The position numbers were made by a program, and so were the translations under genes. Of a stretch of 64,000 nt of DNA, positions 18,994 through 27,105 are shown in pieces. Numbering within the stretch: the first letter of the stretch is position 1; each line of letters begins with the position of its first letter. Source of the stretch: Parcubacteria group bacterium LiPW_15 (GTDB lineage Bacteria > Patescibacteriota > Minisyncoccia > UBA6257 > 2-01-FULL-56-20); assembly GCA_007375645.1 (NCBI GenBank), contig VMER01000001.1:134256-198255 (forward strand), in the 5' to 3' direction. The notes beneath the pieces are model-generated. The model saw nothing but the letters and a program-made list of their open reading frames with translations, searched no databases and was not told the origin of the DNA.

Positions 18994-19411
18994 TCTTTTT
19001 AAGAATATCTTTCCATTGTTTTCCAAGAACATAAAATCCCCGAGTATTTTTTGCTGCATCAGCCCAACCGTTTTCTTTCGCTCTGGTTGAAAAGATCGAG
19101 GCATAGGGTTGCCCGATAATACCCGAACAGCTTTTCCAAATAGTTTTAATCTGCAATAAGTCTATGGGAACAGACTCTTTCCCGCCCGCCAAATACGCCA
19201 GAATAAGAACAAAGAACTCTTGACCATTAAAGCCGGGAGAATACTTTTTAATGAATGCTCGCTGATTCAATGAGAAGTCTAAACCATCGACACTCAGGTC
19301 TTTTATAGGTTCATTCTTTTTCCCAAAAACCGTTGCCTCAAGCCTTTCGATTCTCTCTTTGATTTCTGCGATTTCTTTTTCCATTTTGATTATTTGAAGA
19401 TTTCTTTCCAA
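18977..19411 (-). CDS. Hypothetical coiled-coil protein, paralog A
   Basis: 144 aa. Shares the pattern coiled-coil ... DFS.NQRAF.KK ... F.L..AY ... W...L with 19390-19821 and 19823-20233. Confidence 0.5.
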   Translation of the reverse strand: MERNLQIIKMEKEIAEIKERIERLEATVFGKKNEPIKDLSVDGLDFSLNQRAFIKKYSPGFNGQEFFVLILAYLAGGKESVPIDLLQIKTIWKSCSGIIGQPYASIFSTRAKENGWADAAKNTRGFYVLGKQWKDILKKNGEKS

Positions 19412-19821
19412 TTCGGCCTAAGGGAGTAAAGTGAATTTTTCGGAGACACGATCCAATCATTTTCCCTAGAGCGTACCGCAAATGTAGGTGAAAACTTCGG
19501 CTTGATTATGCTTTTCATCTTCGACCACTCTCCCTGTATGTCGGTCAGCGATGCCTCTTCGGTGCCCTTTTTATTAACGAAGTAAGCAACCATAAGGGTA
19601 AAAGTCTTTGGACCAGACATATCCTTCGCGTGCTTTTTGAAGAATGCTCTCGCTTGCATAGAAAAATCTATGTCCGAATCGACTGCGAGGCGAGCTGGAT
19701 TTTTAACGATCGCTGCTTCATTTTTATCATCTTCCGGCATAGACTCATTAAGAACCCGTAAGCATTTTTCGGCTGCATCCTTTATTAGTCGTAGTTGTCT
19801 TTCTAGTTCAGTTTTATTCAT
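19390..19821 (-). CDS. Hypothetical coiled-coil protein, paralog B
   Basis: 143 aa with clear similarity to paralog A. Confidence 0.5.
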   Translation of the reverse strand: MNKTELERQLRLIKDAAEKCLRVLNESMPEDDKNEAAIVKNPARLAVDSDIDFSMQARAFFKKHAKDMSGPKTFTLMVAYFVNKKGTEEASLTDIQGEWSKMKSIIKPKFSPTFAVRSRENDWIVSPKNSLYSLRPNWKEIFK

Positions 19822-19822
19822 T

Positions 19823-20233
19823 TTAATTTTTATTTAATTGGTCGATAAAACCTTCGCCCGAATCAGTGAGGTGCCAGGCCTTTTTCATCTCCTTTTTATC
19901 TTCTGCCTCCACCAAATATCCCTTATCAATGTTCTTGTTGATTTTGTCATTCAGGTTTGACGGGATAACCTCCTTTGCTAGTTTATACACCTTGGTTAAA
20001 TCATCGATATTGAACGGACTCGTTCCTAGCTTGTGCTCGATAAAATAACAAAGAACAAGTGTTTTTTGAACTTCGCCCGATGGTTTTTTTTCGATGAGAA
20101 ACTCTTTAGGAGAAATCTGTCTTTGAATGGATGTCGAAGCAGCTTTGTGAGGCGCGCCCAACAGCTTTTTTTCTAACGCCAGAAGTCGTTCCTCGTGATC
20201 TGCCAGCTTCCTTTCTATTGAAGTGTTATCCAT
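19823..20233 (-). CDS. Hypothetical coiled-coil protein, paralog C (more divergent)
   Basis: 136 aa with the same architecture: an N-terminal coiled coil followed by a KTLVLCYFIEHKLG segment. Confidence 0.45.
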   Translation of the reverse strand: MDNTSIERKLADHEERLLALEKKLLGAPHKAASTSIQRQISPKEFLIEKKPSGEVQKTLVLCYFIEHKLGTSPFNIDDLTKVYKLAKEVIPSNLNDKINKNIDKGYLVEAEDKKEMKKAWHLTDSGEGFIDQLNKN

Positions 20234-20242
20234 GATTTTGAT

Positions 20243-20647
20243 TTATTGTTTTTTTGAGTTTTTCTCGACGACCTCTTTGATTCGATAATTTGGCACGTAA
20301 TAACCCAATTCTTTGTTTTTTTTTATTTTTTTGGCATCAAACAGTTTTTTTAGTGTGCTCTTTACACTTCCCTCAGGAATGACACCCAAGTTCACAATCT
20401 GACCTTGATTCAGGCCATCGGGCGTACCGTCTTCCAATAAGGAAAGTGCCTTGGAAGCCAAGAGTATGATTTCCACTTTCTCTATATTATTATCCACTTT
20501 TTCAAACGCGGGCAGGAAACCGATTTGTTTCGATGCTCGATCAAAAACGACATACGGCTTAAGGAAGGTAGCGACGATTTGGCGATCTATCGACTTGATA
20601 TCATCTGCAAAAAGGTCGGCGAGTGGATCTTTTGGTTTTTGGTTCAT
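20243..20647 (-). CDS. Hypothetical protein
   Basis: 134-aa ORF, first gene of the minus-strand island cluster. Confidence 0.4.
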   Translation of the reverse strand: MNQKPKDPLADLFADDIKSIDRQIVATFLKPYVVFDRASKQIGFLPAFEKVDNNIEKVEIILLASKALSLLEDGTPDGLNQGQIVNLGVIPEGSVKSTLKKLFDAKKIKKNKELGYYVPNYRIKEVVEKNSKKQ

Positions 20648-20707
20648 GTTTTTACTATTTTTATAATTCTACCGCTATCGACTACAGAGTCAAGTGTATA
20701 GCGAATG

Positions 20708-20798
20708 TGAACTCGCTGTCAAATCCCAAAGAATCGCCAATGGACATTCGCCTCAAATATAATTTCATCGGCTGAGTAGCGCCCAAATCTAAAAGAGG
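20708..20798. repeat. 91-bp direct repeat, copy 1
   Basis: Identical base-for-base to 21088-21178. Confidence 0.9.
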
Positions 20799-21087
20799 CC
20801 ACTACCCTTAGTATCCCATAGTATATCTAATTATCCTATTAAGCACATCGGAGGGGAAGACTGATTGTGGGAGTGAGTAAAATTACCAAAAGATCAATAA
20901 AATACGGCCTTTTTCAGAAAGGAGCAAGGGATTGATTTTGGTTCAGTTACGCTAGATGGTTGATGAATTTATGATAATTACCTCGATTATCACGTTAATA
21001 CTGTGTTTTGACCATATAAATAAAGGGTTATCCCATTTAATGGATAGGATTAAATACTATAAATACAACAATACTCCAATATTCTTT

Positions 21088-21178
21088 TGAACTCGCTGTC
21101 AAATCCCAAAGAATCGCCAATGGACATTCGCCTCAAATATAATTTCATCGGCTGAGTAGCGCCCAAATCTAAAAGAGG
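21088..21178. repeat. 91-bp direct repeat, copy 2
   Basis: Identical to 20708-20798. The copies are separated by 289 bp of AT-rich DNA. Confidence 0.9.
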
Positions 21179-21396
21179 GGCGTGTGTTACCTTTGCCACT
21201 ATTTGAGATATGGAAGGGTGCTCGAGATGCGTCGTCAGATCGCCCGGAAAGGCTTCAAAAAATGCCTTACGGGTTTGAACCCAGTCGGTTCTAGCTCGAG
21301 TCCCCCAGCAAAGAATGTTGTGATGTTGAAGACCTTTTCGCCAAAGTAACTAAAAAGAGCGGTTTGATGTTATCGCACCGCTCCGTGGTTCGACGC

Positions 21397-22182
21397 TTAT
21401 AGGCGCCAGGGATTCGGCTTCAGAATCGGAAGTAGTCTTTTCCGAAAATCGAGTGCCAAGATGCTGAAGAAAACGTAACGTTCCGTTTGCTCTAACGACG
21501 CAAGCAGGAATTCCCCGTTCGGAAATGGTGATTCCGGACTCAGTAAGAATCTGCCCTCCTCGGCTTCGCAGGCGATTTTAAACGCCAGGTCTTTTCGGAT
21601 ATCGGCGTCCGTCAGGTCGAGGCCAGAATCTTCTCGAACCCAAGCCGCATGTCTCTCGAAATCAATTTCAAATGCCGAGGGAGAGACAAATTTAGACGTA
21701 TTCGCCTGGACCTCTTTTGCCGCGACGGGACGACCCCCGAGCACTTCTTCTTCCCAATCCAACAGGATGATGCTTCCAGCCGCCGGAGATTTATCAATCT
21801 GAGCCGAGAGCATTGTCTTGTATTGAGCTTCTACATTCGGACAAACTCTGCCGGTATCGATATAGGATCTGTTTAGGGTAATCCACCAATTAACCGTGGC
21901 TCCGTTTCCGGAGAACAGACCTATGATTTTAGGAATGAGCTCTTGAATCAGTTCCAATTCCGTTTTTATTGGTGAAAACTCCCCACCCTGCGCTTTCAGG
22001 CGTTCTTCCAAGTCCTTCGCAACGCACCACTGGGTCAGAATCTGAACCGGTCTGCCATTCAGAATACAGTCGTTAACGTAATCGTCTGCCCACTCGTCTA
22101 TTTTCTTGTTATTTGCTCTAACGAGTTTATTCTGCATTCGCAGGGCAGCCATGATTATCTGAGTCTGTTTCAACCTCATGGT
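21397..22182 (-). CDS. Hypothetical protein
   Basis: 262 aa from the ATG at 22182, which has a GGAAGGAG Shine-Dalgarno. The longer upstream extension would overlap tRNA-His and is rejected. Confidence 0.45.
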   Translation of the reverse strand, partial: TMRLKQTQIIMAALRMQNKLVRANNKKIDEWADDYVNDCILNGRPVQILTQWCVAKDLEERLKAQGGEFSPIKTELELIQELIPKIIGLFSGNGATVNWWITLNRSYIDTGRVCPNVEAQYKTMLSAQIDKSPAAGSIILLDWEEEVLGGRPVAAKEVQANTSKFVSPSAFEIDFERHAAWVREDSGLDLTDADIRKDLAFKIACEAEEGRFLLSPESPFPNGEFLLASLEQTERYVFFSILALDFRKRLLPILKPNPWRL

Positions 22183-22306
22183 TTTTTTCTCCTTCCATTG
22201 TAAAAGTGCTCCTGATCTCCCAAGGAGAACAGACTTAATTTGCACAAATTTATATTTGAGCCGATTAAGCCTGCTCTTCTTTATTTTTCTTTTTTTATAG
22301 CTCATG

Positions 22307-22379
22307 GGTCCTGGACGGGACTTGCACCCGCAACCAATGCCTTCACGGGGCACCGCTCTTCTATTGAGCTACCAGGACC
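22307..22379 (-). tRNA. tRNA-His (anticodon GUG) with encoded G-1
   Basis: Hand-folded. G-1 pairs with discriminator C73. Acceptor GUCCUGG/CCAGGAC, D arm GCTC-AATAGAA-GAGC, anticodon loop CCGUGAA, T arm GCGGG-TGCAAGT-CCCGT. Confidence 0.75.
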
Positions 22380-22570
22380 AGATAAGAGGGAGGGGAAAAA
22401 CTCCCCTCCCGAATAACGTGTGCGGTCCCGTGCCCCCCAAACTGACTCCGAGTTCATTCATCGCGACCTCCTTCGATGCGAATGAATTTGCCTCTCGCGG
22501 GCGGACAAACAAAACCCCCTCCAAACAAGGAGGGGGTTAGCTTTATGTTGAATATTTAATCAGAAAAATA

Positions 22571-22885
22571 TCAAGACAACCCTCTCCTTATTTGGATAGG
22601 ATTATGATGATGAAGGCGATCAATGATAGTGCGATAACCGCCAGCTTTGCCGTTCAACCATTTAGAAACCCTGGCGACCGTGGTCGAGCTTAGACCGGTT
22701 TTCAGTCCGATCGCAGAGTATGAGACATTTTCGCTTAGAAGTTCCGCCGTTTGTAGTCGGTTAGCAAATTCGGTTATTTCTTTTTCGGTCATTAAATCGC
22801 GCAAAAAACGCCTCGCCTCATCCGGTGTTTTGATAGCAAATATTGCCTGAATCAATCTATCGTTTTCGGTGCTGGTCCAGTTCAT
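22571..22885 (-). CDS. TrpR-like DNA-binding protein (YerC/YecD family)
   Basis: 104 aa matching the YerC/YecD Trp-repressor-like fold pattern. Confidence 0.65.
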   Translation of the reverse strand: MNWTSTENDRLIQAIFAIKTPDEARRFLRDLMTEKEITEFANRLQTAELLSENVSYSAIGLKTGLSSTTVARVSKWLNGKAGGYRTIIDRLHHHNPIQIRRGLS

Positions 22886-22976
22886 ATCGCCACTTTAGCA
22901 AACTAAAGCACTTTAGTCAAGTGGAGCGACCGCAAGGGTTAAAATGTGAGCTACCCCCAAGACTTTGGGTTGTTTC

Positions 22977-24584
22977 TTACAAACGCCTTTTTTTGCAATA
23001 GTTATTGACTTCTTGCTTTACAAAAACTATCCAGCCGAATATTCCTCCGGAAAGGAAAACGACCAGCAGGATCAATAATCCGATTGCCAAATAGACATTG
23101 TCTATGCTGATTGATCCGATGCTGATTACGGGAGCGCGCTCTATTTTCAAACTGACTGAGGGCGAGTCTCCGCTTGTAGCGCCGCGGCTGTCCATAACTG
23201 CGGCATACAGGCTATATATACCCTCCCTTAGCTCGCCTGCCCAAACGAGGCGAAAATTACCGAATGGATCGCTTCTTACGATCTGCGTTTTTGTTCCTCC
23301 TTCCTCATTTTTGATAAAGACGGTTACCGTGCTGTCCGGATAAGTTGTTCCTATAAATTCCAACACTTCACCGGTCTTTGATGCAATAGGATATTGAGTG
23401 AACTTCGGAGAATCGATCGCCACGACTTCAAATTCTTTTGCCGCCGTAGAAACATTTCCGGCTTTGTCCACCGCTTGAACCAAAAGTATTTTCTTTCCTG
23501 AGGCTTGATGATTTAAAACTAACGGCTGGTTTTGCAGAGTGAGTGCATCAACGTTATAAAAATCTTCGCCATCCACTTTGACCGCGAAATGATCAAGGCC
23601 GGAAGTCTTGTCTGTTGAGGTGACATTGAAAGCCGGCTCTGGATTGGTTTTGTCTTCCAGGGTTATTGCTTCTATGAGTGCTTGATCCGGCGGCAAGGTA
23701 TCAATCTGCACGCGGAAGTGGGAAATTGAACCCCAACCGTACTTATTTTTTTCCTGCACGTGGAAATACCATATCCCGTCGCCCAAACCGGTTATTTCCT
23801 TTGAGTCTATCGCCGGAGAATAAGTTTTGGTCGGATACGATTTGGCTGCTCTATCTAGCAAAATTCTTACTGAAGTAACTCCTTTGGGCAAAGGACCCCA
23901 GTCAAAACTTGCAGAAGATGTGGCATACCAGGCGGAAGGATCGGGATGAGTGAAAGAAATCACCTGGGGCGCGGCCGGAACGCCGCTTATAACCGACGGC
24001 GTAGTAGCTTCGGGAGAGGAAAGCGATGGAGGGGTTGAGACCTCCGGAACCTTCCCATTGTTTATTAGGTTGTAATTGGCGCCGGAAAGATCTTTGAGAA
24101 CATTTGTCCCCTGCCCGTCATTTGCGAGTACCGAACCATCGGTTATAACAAGAGATGCCGTTCCTGAGCTTTTTACCCTAAAATTTATTTTTATGATCGT
24201 ACCGGATAAGCCAATGTACCCCGGATTTAAAACCACTTCTTCAAAACTAACCTCGCCCGTAAAATTAGAAAGGGTCGGTTCTTGGGACCAGAGATTAACA
24301 ATAGAAGCTGCTTTAGAAATGGAAACCGCTTCCAATTTATCTTTGGGAAAAGCGATTGTGCCAGACATCGCGTTAATGCTTTGGTCTACGCTCGAAACCA
24401 CTACTGTCGTGGTGAAAGTATCACCTACCGAATAGCTGGCCGTATCCGGCAGAATTTCCAACAAGGCCGCGTCAGCTTTAAAGGCAGAGGAAAATAACAG
24501 AATGGACGCAAACAATATTAATCCTTTTAAAAAATTTTTATAAATATGCACGTTTTTATTTGTACCGTCTGCGCAAAAATACAT
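22977..24584 (-). CDS. Cohesin domain-containing cell-surface protein with C-terminal TM anchor
   Basis: N-terminal cohesin-like module (LEILPDTASYSVGDTFTTTVVVSS...) and a C-terminal hydrophobic helix. Confidence 0.65.
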   Translation of the reverse strand: MYFCADGTNKNVHIYKNFLKGLILFASILLFSSAFKADAALLEILPDTASYSVGDTFTTTVVVSSVDQSINAMSGTIAFPKDKLEAVSISKAASIVNLWSQEPTLSNFTGEVSFEEVVLNPGYIGLSGTIIKINFRVKSSGTASLVITDGSVLANDGQGTNVLKDLSGANYNLINNGKVPEVSTPPSLSSPEATTPSVISGVPAAPQVISFTHPDPSAWYATSSASFDWGPLPKGVTSVRILLDRAAKSYPTKTYSPAIDSKEITGLGDGIWYFHVQEKNKYGWGSISHFRVQIDTLPPDQALIEAITLEDKTNPEPAFNVTSTDKTSGLDHFAVKVDGEDFYNVDALTLQNQPLVLNHQASGKKILLVQAVDKAGNVSTAAKEFEVVAIDSPKFTQYPIASKTGEVLEFIGTTYPDSTVTVFIKNEEGGTKTQIVRSDPFGNFRLVWAGELREGIYSLYAAVMDSRGATSGDSPSVSLKIERAPVISIGSISIDNVYLAIGLLILLVVFLSGGIFGWIVFVKQEVNNYCKKRRL

Positions 24585-25389
24585 AAGCCACTACTATTAA
24601 TAGTAGCAAAACAAGCAAAACCGCGGCGTTAGTCCAATTCCAAAATGGTTTGTTTTTAGCCTCCAGTATTGCCTCCCGAACATTTCCCGCCCTATCTACT
24701 GCGCGTACATAAATATCGCTCGCGAGTTTTTGATCTTTTAAAAGGTAGGGAGATCCAGCGCTGGAAGAGGAGAATCTGCCGCCGCCCAGGACCAAAGAAT
24801 TTTCAATCAGTTCATAACGAGCTATTCCCGAGCCTTTATCCGTCGTTGAAAATACCAATGCCCACTTTCCGTCATATAAGCTGTCATTTTGAATTAGCTG
24901 AGGAACAAAACTTTCCGGTGAAATTTCATCGCTTAAATTCGCGCCCGGCATGGACCCGGGATTTACCAACGCGTCTCCGGCAAGAGAGATGGATCTTCCG
25001 CTGCCGTCGTTCAAATACGCGCTACCGGAAACACGGAAGCTTCCTTCCGAGGCAGGCGCCTTGGAAAAATTCAAATTAATCAGTTTTACTGCCGACCCCA
25101 TCATGCCTCCGGGAATCATTCCGGAAAAGCTGACTAAGCCGTCGTCGTTAGAAAACCCGGGCTTTGTTATCCAAAAATTGACCGCAGAATTCCCGTCTCC
25201 CAATGAAGCGATTTGAAACACCTTGGGATCAAACCTTAAGCTGACATCTATAACGTTTATCGCGTCTCCCTCGGTATCTAAAAGAACATCCACTTGTCCA
25301 AGTGCGGAGTTTTGAAATCTTATCGCCGCGCCAAGCACTTGGTTCGGAATAAGCAGGGTCGCCAATAATAGAAATAAATACTTTTTCAT
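24556..25389 (-). CDS. Cohesin domain-containing protein with C-terminal TM anchor
   Basis: Signal peptide, a cohesin-like module and a C-terminal TM helix followed by RRRYK. Confidence 0.65.
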   Translation of the reverse strand: MKKYLFLLLATLLIPNQVLGAAIRFQNSALGQVDVLLDTEGDAINVIDVSLRFDPKVFQIASLGDGNSAVNFWITKPGFSNDDGLVSFSGMIPGGMMGSAVKLINLNFSKAPASEGSFRVSGSAYLNDGSGRSISLAGDALVNPGSMPGANLSDEISPESFVPQLIQNDSLYDGKWALVFSTTDKGSGIARYELIENSLVLGGGRFSSSSAGSPYLLKDQKLASDIYVRAVDRAGNVREAILEAKNKPFWNWTNAAVLLVLLLLIVVAYVFLRRRYK

Positions 25390-25402
25390 TATATTTGCCG
25401 AG

Positions 25403-26545
25403 TTAGCCGGTCCAATAATAAGCCATTATGCTGAAATCCTTTAGGTCCACTTTGCCGTCGGCGTTCAAATCGGCTTTTTGAGCGGCAGGGGTCGTGAGAG
25501 CCCGTCTATACCAATACGCGAGTATAGAAAAGTCCACCAAGTTAACTCGTCCATCTCCGCTTATGTCGGTTTTTATGGTTTTCGGCGTTAAACTCGCCAA
25601 AATAGTTTTTGTTCCGACCTTAAATCCGGCGGTTTTAGAAAATGAGGTCATATCTCCGTCTTTTGCCGCGGTTGCCCTGGTGCTATGATCGCCGTAATCG
25701 ACTTCGGAAGTATCAAATTTATATAGCCAAATTCCTGACTCGTCGGAAATAGTCTTTTTTGTTAGCTGTCGCGGCGAATTGATAAGAACGGAAATAGTAG
25801 AACTTGGAGCGCTTTGACCAAAAATGCTTATCGGTTGTCCGCGCTGAACTTCTATTTTATCCACGGAAATTGTCGGTGCAAAAAATATTCCACTGACCAC
25901 CGTAGTAAAACCGGTGGTTACGCCGACCTGAAATTGTTGAGTCAAAGAACGATTATATTGCGAGTCTTCCGCCCAGATTCCGAAATTATACGAACCTGCG
26001 GTGAGTCCGCTGGCCCTGATCTCGAAATTCGCGTCATCTCCGGCCAAAGTGGTGCCAAAGATCTGCCCGTCTTTCAGAATAGTTATGACGCTCCTGGGGT
26101 ACGCTTTTCCGCGAAAGATCGCCTGAACTTCGGAGGGTGTTGGCGGCCAATATCCTCCTCCCCCTCCGCCACCGCCCCCGCCGCCCGAGGGCGGAGTAAC
26201 AACGCAATTCGCGTCTACCGTGCATGTATCCGTTCCCGCGCCGGTTATAGTAGCGCAAGTTTGACTCACGCAAGACTTATGGGTGGGCACCGGAGGAATC
26301 ACGTAATATAAAAATCCGCTGTTAATCCGATAGCTTGCGGTAAGACCGGAACCGGCGACCAATTGACCGACGGAACTTTGGAGTTTGTAGCTAGCGGACA
26401 CCGAAAGCCCGGCACCGGAATCTATAACCGGATCCGCGACTTTAAAATTTGAAGAGGAATAATTTTCTCCGGCCGCCAAAATCGGAATAACAAAAAAAGA
26501 AACGGTGGCTAATTGTAAAATAATTTTAGACCACGATTTTCTCAT
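25403..26545 (-). CDS. Secreted dockerin-containing protein with poly-Gly linker
   Basis: C-terminal tandem dockerin repeats DISGDGRVNLVDFSILA and DLNADGKVDLKDFSIMA, plus a run of 11 Gly. Confidence 0.7.
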   Translation of the reverse strand: MRKSWSKIILQLATVSFFVIPILAAGENYSSSNFKVADPVIDSGAGLSVSASYKLQSSVGQLVAGSGLTASYRINSGFLYYVIPPVPTHKSCVSQTCATITGAGTDTCTVDANCVVTPPSGGGGGGGGGGGYWPPTPSEVQAIFRGKAYPRSVITILKDGQIFGTTLAGDDANFEIRASGLTAGSYNFGIWAEDSQYNRSLTQQFQVGVTTGFTTVVSGIFFAPTISVDKIEVQRGQPISIFGQSAPSSTISVLINSPRQLTKKTISDESGIWLYKFDTSEVDYGDHSTRATAAKDGDMTSFSKTAGFKVGTKTILASLTPKTIKTDISGDGRVNLVDFSILAYWYRRALTTPAAQKADLNADGKVDLKDFSIMAYYWTG

Positions 26546-26642
26546 TTTAATACTGGGTCCAGACTGCCTGCCGGTAGGTAGAGATAAACATCACGAAATG
26601 GCGCGAGGGGAAATCCAGAACGGCAATGTTCTCGGTGCGAAG

Positions 26643-27053
26643 TTACTTGTCTTCTGTTTTCGCCGAAGGAGCGCTCTGGGTTTGCGGTTCCGAACCCAGA
26701 TTAACCGGAGCTATGTCCACAATCTTATTTTGAGATGGACTATAAAGTATCGCTTTTCTGGCATTGGTATAAAGAAGAACTTTATCCCCTTTTTGAGCGC
26801 TGGCGAAAAACGGCTGGCCGACCAGTTCTGCCGGATCCAAAATCGTGGCCATGGTCGGAATCTCACCCTGCGGAAGAACCATAAGCTTGCCGACTTCCGC
26901 CACTATCTTCTGAACTTCCTCCCGGGCGATTTGCTGAGGATCGGCCCTCAAACTTCTGACTTGAAAAAAGAAGTAAATTGCCAGACCGGCAGAAAGGATG
27001 AATAAAACTGCGACGGCTAAAAATAATTTTGCACTAACCCATCTTTCAAACAT
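26643..27053 (-). CDS. Hypothetical membrane-anchored protein
   Basis: 136 aa with an N-terminal TM helix. Confidence 0.45.
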   Translation of the reverse strand: MFERWVSAKLFLAVAVLFILSAGLAIYFFFQVRSLRADPQQIAREEVQKIVAEVGKLMVLPQGEIPTMATILDPAELVGQPFFASAQKGDKVLLYTNARKAILYSPSQNKIVDIAPVNLGSEPQTQSAPSAKTEDK

Positions 27054-27105
27054 TTTCTAATTAAATCTTAAATAATCGCGACTTGTTAATTTTTATTGTA
27101 TCACA

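Noticed and set aside
20708-21178. The 91-bp repeats as a possible CRISPR array.
   Set aside because: There are only two copies, the repeat is far longer than CRISPR repeats, the spacer is 289 bp, and no cas genes are present.
21262-21300. A tRNA T-arm-like string (GGGTTTGAACCC / GGTTCTAGCTCGAG) as a possible tRNA fragment or att remnant.
   Set aside because: I could not fold an acceptable T stem or cloverleaf on either strand. It also does not match the 3' ends of the tRNA-Gln or tRNA-His found here.
22183-22353. N-terminal extension of ORF 21397-22353 (MPREGIGCGCKSRPGP...).
   Set aside because: It would overlap the hand-folded tRNA-His (22307-22379) on the same strand. The internal ATG at 22182 has a good Shine-Dalgarno and is the likelier start.
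26150-26190. GGC/GGA/GGG tract as a possible simple-sequence repeat or slippage hotspot.
   Set aside because: It is in frame and encodes the Gly11 linker of the dockerin protein, so it is a coding low-complexity linker. It could still be length-variable.
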